Positions 10,229 to 20,075 are shown, counted from the stretch's first letter. The stretch is 64,000 nt of DNA from Aeromicrobium sp. (GCF_047607065.1 NZ_JASGDU010000054.1:135-64134); one strand, 5' to 3'. Made by a program: numbers and translations. Notes: generated by a model not told the origin, from the letters alone.

Positions 10229-11088
10229 GCACCACCGACACGATGCAACTGCGCATCCGCCACACCACCGGTTACACCTACCCCGAGGGGGCCAGCGCCT
10301 CGCTCAACGAGGCCCGTATGACCCCGATGACCACCAGCGATCAGACGCTGCTGCGCTCGCGGCTGGAGATCTCGCCGAGTCCGTGGTCCTTCGAGTTCCG
10401 CGACTACTGGGGCACGACGGTCACCGCCTTCGAGGTGACCGAGGAGCACACGGACCTGCAGGTGGTCGCGACCTCGACGGTCGAGACGGTCGCGGGTAGC
10501 GAGGCGACGGCTGACCGGTCACGGGCGGCGTGGGAGGACCTGGCCGAGGTGGCCGACACCTGGTGCGAGTTCCTCATGCGTTCGACCTGGGTCGAGCCGC
10601 CGGACGACCTCGTTGCCGCCCTGGAGCCGATACGGCAGGCGGCCGCCCGGCCCGGCGATTACGTGCGCGCGGTCGGTGCGTTCCTCCACGAGCAGATCGC
10701 CTACCTGCCCGGCAGTACGACGGTCGACTCGACCGCAGCCGAGGCGTGGGCGGCGCGCGCGGGGGTCTGTCAGGACTTCGCACACCTCATGGTCGGTGCG
10801 CTGCGCTGGGCAGGCATCCCCGCGCGGTACGTCTCGGGCTACCTGCACCCCTCCCCCGATCCGCGTATCGGTGAGACGGTCAGTGGCGAGTCGCATGCGT
10901 GGATCGAGTGGTTCGACGGCGAGTGGACGGGTTGGGACCCGACCAATGCGGTCGCGCCGGCCGGGCGGCATGTCGTCGTCGCGCGGGGGCGGGACTACTC
11001 CGACAACCCGCCGCTGCGCGGCATCTACGCCACCACCGACACCTCAGCGTTGTTCGTCGTCTCCGTCGAGATCACCCGCCTGCGGTAG
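10225..11088 (+). CDS. transglutaminase-like cysteine peptidase (Bact_transglu_N + transglutaminase core)
   Basis: Cys-His-Asp triad context: GVCQDFAHLMVGALRWAGIPARYVSGYL, ESHAWIEWF, GWDPTN. GTGA overlap with the alpha-E gene. Confidence 0.85.
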   Translation: MSTTDTMQLRIRHTTGYTYPEGASASLNEARMTPMTTSDQTLLRSRLEISPSPWSFEFRDYWGTTVTAFEVTEEHTDLQVVATSTVETVAGSEATADRSRAAWEDLAEVADTWCEFLMRSTWVEPPDDLVAALEPIRQAAARPGDYVRAVGAFLHEQIAYLPGSTTVDSTAAEAWAARAGVCQDFAHLMVGALRWAGIPARYVSGYLHPSPDPRIGETVSGESHAWIEWFDGEWTGWDPTNAVAPAGRHVVVARGRDYSDNPPLRGIYATTDTSALFVVSVEITRLR

Positions 11089-11101
11089 GCAGCCACCACG
11101 G

Positions 11102-11142
11102 CCGGTGAGGTGCGACGAGGAACGAGAAGCCTCGAAACGACC
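11102..11142. repeat. palindromic repeat family, single 5'-shortened unit
   Basis: ccggtgaggtgcgacgaggaacgagaagcctcgaaacgacc. Compare 49967-50010, ccggtccctgaggtgcgacgaggaacgaggagcctcgaagggcg. It fills the 60-bp gap between convergent stops. Confidence 0.7.
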
Positions 11143-11148
11143 TCTCGC

Positions 11149-12684
11149 TCACGCCAGGACGGCGACGGGGGTGGGGTCGGGGCGCCCGCGCAGCACGACC
11201 GGCTCGGCCGGGGTCCAGCGTCCCGCCTCGGCCGCTGCGGCCGCATCGACGGAAGCCTGCATGACGAGCACCCGACCGGGGACGTCCTTGGCGAGATCGG
11301 TCAGCCGAGAGGCGGAGTTCACCGCGTCGCCGATGACGGTGTACTCGAAGCGTGACTCGTCGCCGATGTTGCCCGCGACGACCTCGCCGGTGGCCACGCC
11401 GATGCCGGCACCGACCTCGACGACCTCGGCCGCGAGCCGCCGCGCCATCGCCCGCGCCGCCGCGAGCGCCTGGGCCGCGTGGTCCGCGCGGGTGACGGGG
11501 GCACCGAAGATCGCCAGCACCGCATCGCCCATGAACTTGTTGACCAGCCCATGATACCGGTCGACCTCCTCGACCACGACCCCGAAGAAGCGATTGAGCA
11601 CTTCGACCACCTCGGTCGGTGAATGCTCGGTCGCGTAGGTCGTCGATGACACCAGATCGACGAACAGGACCGTGACGAAGCGCGTCTCGCCGCCGAGTTC
11701 GACAGCGCCCAACTCGGCCGCCTCGGCGACTTCGCGGCCCACATGGCGCCCGAACATGTCTCGTATCGCCTCGCGCTCGCGTAGGCCCTGCACCATGTCG
11801 TTGAAGCCCGCCTGCAGCGTGCCCAGCTCGGTGCCGTCGTAGACGACCACCTCGGCGTCGTAGTCGCCGTCGCGCACCCGGCTGAGCGCGTCGGTGACCG
11901 AGCGCAGCGGGTTGACGACCGACCGTGCGGTCAGGGCGGTCACGAGTAGGCCGAAGGCCAAGATGATCCCCGACAGTCCCAGCACGACGATGGCGAACTG
12001 TACTTTTGAGGACGCGGGGAAGACGAGTACCAGCATGGCGGCGACGACGAGTCCGAGGACGGGTGCGGCGGTGCCGAGTCCCCAGAAGACGAGCATGCGC
12101 CATTGCACGCCCATGCCGCGGGTGCGGGTCGGCTCGTGCCCGGCGAGCGCACGGGCCGCGACCGGCCGCAGCGCGAATTCGGCGAACAGGTAGGCGATGG
12201 TCGTAACCACCAGACCGGCGATGACGACCGACGCCACCGCCCCGAACACGGCCCGCGGCTGCAGGAAGAACGCGAGCGTCCCGTAGAAAATCGCGGCGAC
12301 ATCCCACAGTACCGCCTGCATGAGGCTCAGCCGCCAGGGCAGCCGTAGGGCCGCGTAGCGTTCGACGTCGGTCGGCTCACGTTCGAGGATGACCCAGCGC
12401 AGGCCGCGCAGGCCCATGATCGTGCCGAAGGTGGCACCGAAGATCACCGCGAGCAGGACGTAGGTCGGCGTGGTGATGGCGACGACGAGGCCGAAGCGGG
12501 CGTTGATGCCTTCGCCGGGGATGACGACGAAGGTGAGGGCCGCGACGATGACCGAACCGATGATGTTGGTGCCGACCAGCAGCACCGTGAGCATCGTCTG
12601 GATACGCACCCGCAACCGCAGAGGTCCTTGATCGGCGGACCCGAGCAGCAGCGAGCCGTACGCCGAGCTGCTTCTGCGTGCCAT
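11149..12684 (-). CDS. membrane-anchored class III adenylate/guanylate cyclase with HAMP domain
   Basis: Six predicted TM segments, then a HAMP region (NPLRSVTDALSRVRDGDY...). Cyclase core: VTVLFVDLVSST, FMGDAVLAIFGAP, GVATGEVVAGNIG, YTVIGDAVNSASRL. Confidence 0.85.
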   Translation of the reverse strand: MARRSSSAYGSLLLGSADQGPLRLRVRIQTMLTVLLVGTNIIGSVIVAALTFVVIPGEGINARFGLVVAITTPTYVLLAVIFGATFGTIMGLRGLRWVILEREPTDVERYAALRLPWRLSLMQAVLWDVAAIFYGTLAFFLQPRAVFGAVASVVIAGLVVTTIAYLFAEFALRPVAARALAGHEPTRTRGMGVQWRMLVFWGLGTAAPVLGLVVAAMLVLVFPASSKVQFAIVVLGLSGIILAFGLLVTALTARSVVNPLRSVTDALSRVRDGDYDAEVVVYDGTELGTLQAGFNDMVQGLREREAIRDMFGRHVGREVAEAAELGAVELGGETRFVTVLFVDLVSSTTYATEHSPTEVVEVLNRFFGVVVEEVDRYHGLVNKFMGDAVLAIFGAPVTRADHAAQALAAARAMARRLAAEVVEVGAGIGVATGEVVAGNIGDESRFEYTVIGDAVNSASRLTDLAKDVPGRVLVMQASVDAAAAAEAGRWTPAEPVVLRGRPDPTPVAVLA

Positions 12685-12767
12685 GGGGGTCCGTTCTCGT
12701 CTGCCGTCCCGCCCGATCCTAGAGGTTCGGCCGCCTGTTCTCCCGCCACCGGTCCTACAGTGGAGGC

Positions 12768-13319
12768 GTGTCCGAGACGAGTGCGGCCCCGTGGAGCCAC
12801 ATCGAGATCACCCGCCCGACGGCTTTGCTGATCGTCGACGTGCAGCACGGATTCGTCGGGCCGCATACCGCGCATGTCCCGGCCGCCGTGCGGTCGTTGC
12901 TCGTCGAGCGCCGCAGCGACTACGCGGCGGTGATCGCCACCCGTTTCCACAACCCGCCCGAATCCAACTTCCGCGAGCTGATCGACTGGCACCGGCTTGC
13001 CGAGCCGCCCGAGACGGACTTGGTCGACGGGCTGGAGTCCGTGATCGACACCGTCATCGACAAGGACACCTACGGTGCGGTCGAGGCCATCGCCGCCGTC
13101 CTGGATCACCTCGGCGTCCGCGATGTCCACCTGTGCGGCATCGACACCGACGTCTGCGTCCTGCAGAACGCCGCCGGCCTCTTCGACCGCGGATACCGTC
13201 CGGCCGTGCTGATCGACGGGTGCGCCACCAACGGCGGCCCGGATGCGCAGGCCTCGGCCATCCCGTTGCTCGGTCGCACCATTGGTGCTCGCCAGGTGAT
13301 CCGGCGTGATGACCAGTAG
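12768..13319 (+). CDS. isochorismatase-family cysteine hydrolase
   Basis: ALLIVDVQHGF..., HLCGIDTDVCVLQNA (catalytic Cys context). GTG start. Confidence 0.75.
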   Translation: MSETSAAPWSHIEITRPTALLIVDVQHGFVGPHTAHVPAAVRSLLVERRSDYAAVIATRFHNPPESNFRELIDWHRLAEPPETDLVDGLESVIDTVIDKDTYGAVEAIAAVLDHLGVRDVHLCGIDTDVCVLQNAAGLFDRGYRPAVLIDGCATNGGPDAQASAIPLLGRTIGARQVIRRDDQ

Positions 13320-14232
13320 CAGGGCCATGAGCGTCGCACCGCTCGATCTCGGTCCGACGGTCGAGACCTTCGCGCGCGCCACACCCACGAAGATGCGCCG
13401 CAGTTACGACGACAAGATCGTTCACTACGCGATGACCACCTACTTCCTGACCGCCACGACGAGCGATCCGCAGCGGCTCTCCGACGAGGCCTGCCGGCAT
13501 CTGACGGCCTGCCTCGACCCGTCGGTCATCGACTTGGACGACACCCCCTTCACTGCCGACCTCGTGACGACCGACGAGTCGCTGGCCGCGCATCTGGCGG
13601 ACTTCGATGACCGGATGGAGCGCGTTCAGGAGCGGATGTCGGACTATCCCGACTACGACACCTCCTCCGCGACGGCCGTGTTCGCGAGCTGGTCGAGTGT
13701 CGTCGTGCTCGGCGACACCGACGAGGAGACCACCTATCTCATGGCCGCGTTGCAGGCGCGGGTGCAGATCTCCTGGCTGGCCGCCTGGACGATCCAGGAT
13801 ATCTCCTCGCGCGTCCTGCACAGTTCGCGCAAGGGGATCAGCCGGGTGTCGCTGGACTGGCAGGCCGTGGAACTCAATCGCCTCAAGCGATACGCGCGCG
13901 CTCGGGTCGACTCTTCCGAATCGGACCGCATCGCCCGGCTGCTGGAGTGCTTCGAGACCACGAGCGGGCTGACGCGTGAGTGGAACCTGGCCGAAGAAGC
14001 CTTGGAGGATGCCCGGGAATACGCCGAGGTCGCCAATGCGAGGGGCGCCGAATCCCGCCAGCTCACCATCGAAGCGCTCCTGCTGCTGTTCTCCTTGGCG
14101 TCGTTCGCGCCGATGTTCCTCGAACTGCCGCTGACCGGGTGGTCTGATGTCCGCGAGCAGTGGCAGATGTGCGTGACGCTGTTGATCCTGCTCGGAATCG
14201 GCCTGGCCGCGGTCTTCCGCCGCGACCGCTGA
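13306..14232 (+). CDS. hypothetical protein with two C-terminal TM helices (CorA-like topology, no GMN motif)
   Basis: 308-aa ORF with good high-GC third-position bias. The C-terminus is LLLLFSLASFAPMFLELPL...VTLLILLGIGLAAVF. The start is uncertain (13306 or 13327). Confidence 0.5.
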   Translation: MMTSSRAMSVAPLDLGPTVETFARATPTKMRRSYDDKIVHYAMTTYFLTATTSDPQRLSDEACRHLTACLDPSVIDLDDTPFTADLVTTDESLAAHLADFDDRMERVQERMSDYPDYDTSSATAVFASWSSVVVLGDTDEETTYLMAALQARVQISWLAAWTIQDISSRVLHSSRKGISRVSLDWQAVELNRLKRYARARVDSSESDRIARLLECFETTSGLTREWNLAEEALEDAREYAEVANARGAESRQLTIEALLLLFSLASFAPMFLELPLTGWSDVREQWQMCVTLLILLGIGLAAVFRRDR

Positions 14233-14249
14233 GAACCTCAGCCGGCGGG

Positions 14250-14376
14250 CTTAGAACGCGCGCGGATAGGCGGAACCCGGTCCCTGAGGTGCGAGCTTGC
14301 GAGCCTCGAAGGGACCTCACCGCGACGGGCTTCGCCCTTCGAGGCTCCTCGTTCCTCGTCGCTCCTCAGGACCCGG
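14250..14376. repeat. palindromic repeat family, left TIR + inverted unit pair (cluster B)
   Basis: cttagaacgcgcgcggataggcggaac-ccggtccctgaggtgcgagcttgcgagcctcgaagggacc-spacer-cttcgcccttcgaggctcctcgttcctcgtcgctcctcaggacccgg. Confidence 0.85.
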
Positions 14377-14403
14377 CTCGGCCGCGGGCCTACCCCCGCG
14401 TTG

Positions 14404-15996
14404 TCAGAAGGTGCGGTGGCGGCGCAGGGCGGCGGGGCGGCCGTCGGGGTCGTGGAGGTAGCGGTACCACGGCGCCGCGAAGGCCTGACGGAACAGCGGC
14501 AGCGACGGCGCGGGCAGGCGGCGCAGCCGGCCGGCGGGCCGAGGCCCCTGCCGGCCGTCGCGGTGCCAGGCCTCCAGCCGCTCGGCCGCTCGCGCGAACT
14601 GGGCGAACATCGCGGCGGCCTCGACCGCCACCTCGCCCGGCTCGACATCCAGATGCTCCGCCGCCAGCGCCAGCCGCAACTCGCGCGCATAGGCGCTGTG
14701 ACCCTCGCCGGCCGGGTCGATCACCACGGCCGACAGCTCCGAGTCGTGGGTCCACGGCCGGCGGCAGAAATTGTCCGAGCCGATGGACGCCCACCAGTCG
14801 TCGAGCACGCACACCTTCGCGTGGACATAGACCGGTGTGCCCGCGTGATTCTCCAAGCCGTAGAAGGCCACCCGGTCCGGCGCCGCCGCGTACACCCGGC
14901 GCAGGGCGCGCAACCGACCGAGCACCTGCGGGTCGCGGGCGAACCAGCCGTCCTGGTCCGGGAATTGCGGCAGCACCCCGATCAGGTGCAGGCCCGGATG
15001 CGACTCCAGCGCGTCGACCAGGACCTCGCTCATCTGCCGGCCCCAGAGGAACTGGTCCTCCACGTAGATCAGCGACCGGGTCCGGCGCACCGCCTTGGCG
15101 TAGCCGCGCGCCACCGAGCGCTCCCCCTGCGGCGCGAAGTCGTACGCCCAGCCCAGGCCGAGCTTCGGGTAGGTGCGCAGCAGCTGCACCCGGTGGCCGG
15201 CGGGCCGCGGCGGCGGAGGGGGAGCCTGCGGCGGCAGCGGACGGCGTTCGCGGTGCAGCCCGCGCAGGGCGTCTCGCAGGCGGCGCAGCGGGTTGCGGGT
15301 CAGCGGCGTGGCGTCGTCCCACCGCTCGCGGAACACCGTCTCGACGTCGTGGACGACCGGCCCTTGCAAGGCGACCTGCACGTCGTGCCAGGGCGGTCGG
15401 TCGCCGTATTCGGACGCGAGGGCATCGGCCTGCGGATCGCCGAGGTGCCCGGCGTCGTCGCGCCGGCCGTGGCACAGGTCGATCCCGCCGACGAAGGCGA
15501 TGTCGCGGTCGGCGTCCCGGGCATGACGGATAACGACGAACTTCTGGTGATGTGCGCCGCCGGGCCGCACCCGCATGTCCAACTGCACGTCGGCGCCGCG
15601 ACGCTGGAGCAGGTCACCGAGCCGCCGGTGCTTCCCGGTCGCATAGCCCAAGGCGCCGCTGTGCGAGCGCCAGATGAGGGCGCGCATGTCGACACCGCGC
15701 TCCACCGCACGCCCGAACGTCTCGGCGACGCTGCTGCCCGGGTCGTCGGTCAGCCGCTGGTCGGGGTCGCCCTGCCAGTCGGTGAAGCAGATGAGGGCGC
15801 ACGGGCCGGTCGCCTCGATCCGGTCGTACAACTCGCGGAAGTAGGCGGCGCCGTGCAGGAGCGGCCGGGCCTCGTTGCCGTCGCGCCAGGCCCGGTCGAT
15901 CCCGTCGGGGCGGGTGTCGAGGCGCGTCGCGGGGTTGCCGCGCTCGGCGGCGGTGAGGAACCAGGCCGCCCGTTCGGTATGCCCGTCGATGCCCAT
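14404..15996 (-). CDS. phospholipase D superfamily protein with two HKD motifs
   Basis: HHQKFVVIRH...GGIDL and YVHAKVCVLDDWWASIGSDNF are the two HxK(x)4D(x)6G(S/G)xN motifs. No TM segments. Confidence 0.85.
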   Translation of the reverse strand: MGIDGHTERAAWFLTAAERGNPATRLDTRPDGIDRAWRDGNEARPLLHGAAYFRELYDRIEATGPCALICFTDWQGDPDQRLTDDPGSSVAETFGRAVERGVDMRALIWRSHSGALGYATGKHRRLGDLLQRRGADVQLDMRVRPGGAHHQKFVVIRHARDADRDIAFVGGIDLCHGRRDDAGHLGDPQADALASEYGDRPPWHDVQVALQGPVVHDVETVFRERWDDATPLTRNPLRRLRDALRGLHRERRPLPPQAPPPPPRPAGHRVQLLRTYPKLGLGWAYDFAPQGERSVARGYAKAVRRTRSLIYVEDQFLWGRQMSEVLVDALESHPGLHLIGVLPQFPDQDGWFARDPQVLGRLRALRRVYAAAPDRVAFYGLENHAGTPVYVHAKVCVLDDWWASIGSDNFCRRPWTHDSELSAVVIDPAGEGHSAYARELRLALAAEHLDVEPGEVAVEAAAMFAQFARAAERLEAWHRDGRQGPRPAGRLRRLPAPSLPLFRQAFAAPWYRYLHDPDGRPAALRRHRTF

Positions 15997-16170
15997 ACGC
16001 GTCCTCCCACCCGGTGCGGATCGACATTACGCCCGCACGGGTGCAGCGAGTTTTCCCCGGGCGCGCAGCACGGCTTGAGCGCACCTCGATGACCGGGGTC
16101 GCGCGGCGGCGGGACTCCGGGGTGCGGCGAACTACACTGGATCGCTCGCCCTGAACGCCCGAGGAGACCG

Positions 16171-18279
16171 GTGACCTCACCTGCCGCAGCCCAACGCGAG
16201 ATCGCGTCCGAGCAGTCCTACGTCGACACCGTCTACGAACGGCTCGATGCCTCTGCGGACGTCGCGCGCGCCCTCGTCCGGGAGGGTTTCGCGCGTGCTG
16301 ACGTCGGCCACGAGGGCGGACTCGTCGAGCGCGACGCGATGGTCTTCCAGGCCACCCGCCGGCTCACGGCGCTGAACGCCGCCCACGACGGCCTGGTCTT
16401 CGGCCGCCTCGACCTGACCGACGGACAGAAGCGCTACATCGGCCGGATCGGCGTGCGCGACGCGGAACGCGAGATCCTGCTCGTCGACTGGCGCGCGCCC
16501 GCCGCCTCGCTGTTCTACCAGGCCACCGCCGCCAACCCGTCCGGCGTCGTGCGGCGTCGCGTCCTGCGTTGTTCGGGCAGCACCGTCATCGGGGTCGAGG
16601 ACGACCTGCTCGACGCCGAGCATGCGCCGCCGGACATGGTGATCGTCGGCGATGGTGCCCTTCTGGCGAGCATGTCTCGTGCCCGTGACGCCCGCATGCA
16701 CTCGGTCGTCGCCACGATCCAGGCCGAGCAGGACGACGCGATCCGCGCCCCCAGTCGCGGGGCCACCATCATCGGCGGCGGCCCCGGCACCGGCAAGACG
16801 GTGGTGGCGCTGCATCGCGCGGCCTACCTGCTCTACACCGACCGGCGGCGCTTCGAGTCCGGCGGCGTGCTCGTGGTCGGCCCGTCGAACGTGTTCATGT
16901 CCTACATCGAGCGCGTGCTGCCCAGCCTCGGCGAGACGAGCGTGACCCTGCGTTCGCTCGGCGAGGTGGTCGACGGTCTCACGGCGTCGCGCCACGACGA
17001 GCCGGTCGCCGCAGCGGCCAAGGGGTCCTCGCGCATGGTGCGGGTGCTGCGCCGGCTCGCGGTCGAACCCGCTCCGGAGACGCCGGCGGAGTTCCGCTAC
17101 TTCTACAAGGACGACGTGCTGCGGCTCGACGCGGCGCGGCTGGCCGGCCTGCGCCGCCACCTTCTGCACCAGTCGACCTATAACCGCGCGGTGCCTCGCG
17201 TGCCCGCCGCCCTGGCCGACGCGCTGTGGCGGCAGGTCCGCGGGGAGCGGGCGCGCGAGGGGGGCCGGGCGGAGTTCCTCGACCGGATCGCCGACGACCG
17301 CCGGTTCGTCGACTTCGTCGAAGCCTGGTGGCCCGAGCGTGACGCCGTGCGGATGTGGCGCAGCCTGCGCGAGCGCGTCGCGGAGGTCGCGCAGGGGGCC
17401 TTCCGCCGCGCCGAGCTGGACGCCCTGCGGGCCTCGTGGGAGGCCGGCGGTGGCACCCCGAGCATCGAGGACATCCCGCTGATCGACGAGCTGCGCTACC
17501 TGCTCGGCGAGGTGCCTCCTCATGACGAGGCCGACGACGACCTACCGAAACAGTTGATGAGTTTCGAGCGCCGCGAGCGCGAGGAGGTCCGCACGACCAC
17601 CTCCATCGCCGACGACGGCTACGCGCATGTCCTCATCGACGAGGCGCAGGACCTCTCGCCGATGCAGTGGCGCATGGTCGGCCGTCGCGGGCGGCACGCG
17701 AGCTGGACCATCGTCGGCGACCCCGCGCAGTCGTCGTGGCCGGTGCCCGAGGAAGCCGAGCGCGCCCGGGTCGAGGCGCTGGACGGCAAGCCCGAGCACC
17801 GTTTCCGGCTGTCGACGAACTACCGCAACTCTGCGGAGATCTACGAACTGGCCGCCGGGGTGGCTCGCCGGGCGATCCCCGGTGCGGACCTGGCCGACGG
17901 GGTGCGGCGCACCGGCGAGCATCCGGCCCACCTGGAGGTTCCCGCCGGAGCCGTCGCGGCGGCCGTGCGCGAGGAGGCCGAGAAACTGCTCGCGCGGGTC
18001 GGGGAGGGCAGCGTCGCGGTGGTGACGCCGCTGGCGCTGCGGGCCGGCCTCGAACGCGAGCTGGCCCCGGTGCTGGCCGCGCACGAGCGGGTCCGGCTGC
18101 TCGACGCGCTCGACACGAAGGGCCTGGAGTTCGACGGGGTCGTGGTGGCCGAGCCGGACACGCTGATCGGCGAGTCCGAGGCCGGATGGCGTACGTTCTA
18201 TGTCGTTTTGACCCGCGCGACGCAACTGCTGACGACTGTCGGCTCGTCCGCGCGCTGGCGCACCGAGGAGCCCCGATGA
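16171..18279 (+). CDS. helD: HelD-like UvrD/Rep superfamily 1 helicase (RNA polymerase-associated type)
   Basis: The N-terminal region YVDTVYERLD and RIGV...LLVDWRAPAA is typical of HelD. Walker A GGPGTGKT, HVLIDEAQDLSPMQW, NYRNSAEI, KGLEFDGVVV. Confidence 0.8.
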   Translation: MTSPAAAQREIASEQSYVDTVYERLDASADVARALVREGFARADVGHEGGLVERDAMVFQATRRLTALNAAHDGLVFGRLDLTDGQKRYIGRIGVRDAEREILLVDWRAPAASLFYQATAANPSGVVRRRVLRCSGSTVIGVEDDLLDAEHAPPDMVIVGDGALLASMSRARDARMHSVVATIQAEQDDAIRAPSRGATIIGGGPGTGKTVVALHRAAYLLYTDRRRFESGGVLVVGPSNVFMSYIERVLPSLGETSVTLRSLGEVVDGLTASRHDEPVAAAAKGSSRMVRVLRRLAVEPAPETPAEFRYFYKDDVLRLDAARLAGLRRHLLHQSTYNRAVPRVPAALADALWRQVRGERAREGGRAEFLDRIADDRRFVDFVEAWWPERDAVRMWRSLRERVAEVAQGAFRRAELDALRASWEAGGGTPSIEDIPLIDELRYLLGEVPPHDEADDDLPKQLMSFERREREEVRTTTSIADDGYAHVLIDEAQDLSPMQWRMVGRRGRHASWTIVGDPAQSSWPVPEEAERARVEALDGKPEHRFRLSTNYRNSAEIYELAAGVARRAIPGADLADGVRRTGEHPAHLEVPAGAVAAAVREEAEKLLARVGEGSVAVVTPLALRAGLERELAPVLAAHERVRLLDALDTKGLEFDGVVVAEPDTLIGESEAGWRTFYVVLTRATQLLTTVGSSARWRTEEPR

Positions 18280-19832
18280 ACCTTCCCGCCCCGTTGCGTC
18301 GGCTGGCGGCGCGCGCCCTGCCCCCGCTCCTGCTTGCGGCCGTCGTGGTCCCGGTCGGTGTCGCCGTGGCGAGGACCACCTTCGAGACCTCCGAGCGGCC
18401 GATCTCCATCGGTGCCCACCAGGCGACGCTGCGCCCGGACTACAGCGGCGACATCGTGCTCGACTTCGGGCCGCTGCTGCCCCAGGTGAAGATGGACTTG
18501 GACGATCCGCGCTTCGGTATCGGCGCGACCATCCAGTTGGGCGACGCCGAGGTCACCTCGCTCGACGAGCTGATTTCCCGCGACGCGGTAATCGCCTCGC
18601 AGCCCGACGGCGAGGTCGCGGCGGTGGAGGCGGCGCTGCGCGATATGTGGATCGCGTCGGCCTGGCGCGGCGCGGGCGTGGCCGTGGCGCTCGCCGTGGT
18701 GCTGAGTGTGGCGTGGATCGCCGTCGGCCGCGAGCGGCGCGCCGCCCTGGTGGAGGGTCGCAAGCCCCTTCGGATCACGGCGGCGGTCGTCGCCCTCGCC
18801 GTGGCCGGCGGGGGCGTCGTCGCGGCCGTGCGCTCGGACCCGTCGCGCGACCCCGATCCGGTCTCGTGGGTCACCCTCGCGGAGGCCTTCCCGGACCTGC
18901 CGCTGCCCGACGACTCGCGACTCGGCGCACTGCAGCTGTCCGACGGTGCCGCGCTGCGCAGCGGGGAGTCGCTGATCGAGGGCGCCCTCAACACCTACAC
19001 CGCCTCGAATGCCTTCTTCGACCAGCTTGCCACGACCGCCGAGGACGTCAAGGTGCGGCGTCCGGGCGAGGGCCAGACCGTCGCCCTGGTCGTCACCGAC
19101 CGGCACGACAACGTCGCGATGGACCCGGTCGCCCGGCAGATCGCCGAGAACGCTGATGCCACGATGCTGCTCGACCTCGGTGACGACACCTCCAACGGTG
19201 CCGCGTGGGAGGAGTTCAGCATCAACTCCCTCGCGCGCGAGTTCACCGGCTTCGACATCGTCGCGGTCGCGGGCAACCACGACCAGGGCGCGCACATTGC
19301 CGACTACATGGCCGACAGCGGCTTCACCCTGCTCAAGGGCGAGCCGGTGACCGTCGACGGCATCCGGTTCATCGGTGACAGCGATCCGCGTTCCTCCGGT
19401 CTGACGAAGGGCTACACCGGCAACGAGGACGACAACATCGCCGCGATCAGCGAACAGGATCAGGAACTGACGGAGACCGCCTGCGACGACGGTGAAGTGG
19501 CGGTGGCGCTCGTTCACAGCATCGCGTCGGCCAAGCAGTTGGCCGAGTCCGGCTGCGTCGACCTGATCCTGTCGGGGCACCTGCACCGCCAGGTCGGCCC
19601 TGACGTGGTCCGCAGCGATGATGACGAGCCGACGGTGACGCTGGCGACCGGCAGTACCGGCGGCGCGGTGTATGCGTTCGCGCTGGGCACCGGGCTGCGG
19701 CGCGAGGCGCAGATGACGCTCGTGACCTTCGCCGACGGTCGTCCGGTGGGCCTGCAGCTGGTGGACATCGACACCGGGGGGCATATCGCCGCGCAGCCGT
19801 ACGTCACCCTCGACGACCTCATCGGCGACTGA
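18276..19832 (+). CDS. membrane-associated calcineurin-like metallophosphoesterase
   Basis: Track ORF 17667..19832 is over-extended. The ATG at 18276 overlaps the helD stop (ATGA) and gives MNLPAPLRRLAARALPPLLLAAVVV. Motifs: VTDRHDN, LGDDTSNG, VAGNHD, SGHLH. Confidence 0.75.
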   Translation: MNLPAPLRRLAARALPPLLLAAVVVPVGVAVARTTFETSERPISIGAHQATLRPDYSGDIVLDFGPLLPQVKMDLDDPRFGIGATIQLGDAEVTSLDELISRDAVIASQPDGEVAAVEAALRDMWIASAWRGAGVAVALAVVLSVAWIAVGRERRAALVEGRKPLRITAAVVALAVAGGGVVAAVRSDPSRDPDPVSWVTLAEAFPDLPLPDDSRLGALQLSDGAALRSGESLIEGALNTYTASNAFFDQLATTAEDVKVRRPGEGQTVALVVTDRHDNVAMDPVARQIAENADATMLLDLGDDTSNGAAWEEFSINSLAREFTGFDIVAVAGNHDQGAHIADYMADSGFTLLKGEPVTVDGIRFIGDSDPRSSGLTKGYTGNEDDNIAAISEQDQELTETACDDGEVAVALVHSIASAKQLAESGCVDLILSGHLHRQVGPDVVRSDDDEPTVTLATGSTGGAVYAFALGTGLRREAQMTLVTFADGRPVGLQLVDIDTGGHIAAQPYVTLDDLIGD

Positions 19833-19850
19833 GCGCCGGGCGGGGGCAAC

Positions 19851-20045
19851 CGGGTCCCTCAGGTGCGAGCGAGGAACGAAGGGACGTGGGCGGGTCATTT
19901 CGAGGCTCGGCCGCGAACGGCCTCGCACCTCAACGACCGGCTCCGTACGTCGGTCCCTGAGGTGCGAGCGAGGAACGAGCGAGCCTCGAAGGGACCTACC
20001 TCGCACCTCAACGACCGGGAGCCGCCGGGTCCCCGAGGTGCGGGC
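19851..20045. repeat. palindromic repeat family, array of about 3 full + 2 half units (cluster C)
   Basis: cgggtccctcaggtgcgag..gaagggac; gggtcatttcgaggctcggccgcgaacggcctcgcacctcaacgaccgg; cggtccctgaggtgcgagcgaggaacgagcgagcctcgaagggacc; ctcgcacctcaacgaccgg; ccgggtccccgaggtgcggg. Confidence 0.85.
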
Positions 20046-20075
20046 GGGGCGGACCGGCGCGCTAGGCTGCGTGTC

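Noticed and set aside
16000-16170. Rifamycin-associated element (RAE) upstream of the HelD-like gene, or a repeat-family unit in this divergent region
   Set aside because: I found only an imperfect hairpin (about 16016-16047) and a 16-nt half-site-like match gcacctcgatgaccgg (16081-16096). Neither forms a complete unit. I cannot recall the RAE consensus reliably enough to claim a match.
19851-20045. Could the recurring palindromic repeats be a CRISPR array?
   Set aside because: The units occur in both orientations and have variable internal loops. They are irregularly spaced and scattered over 15 separate intergenic regions. There are no unique spacers of constant length, and no cas genes are present.
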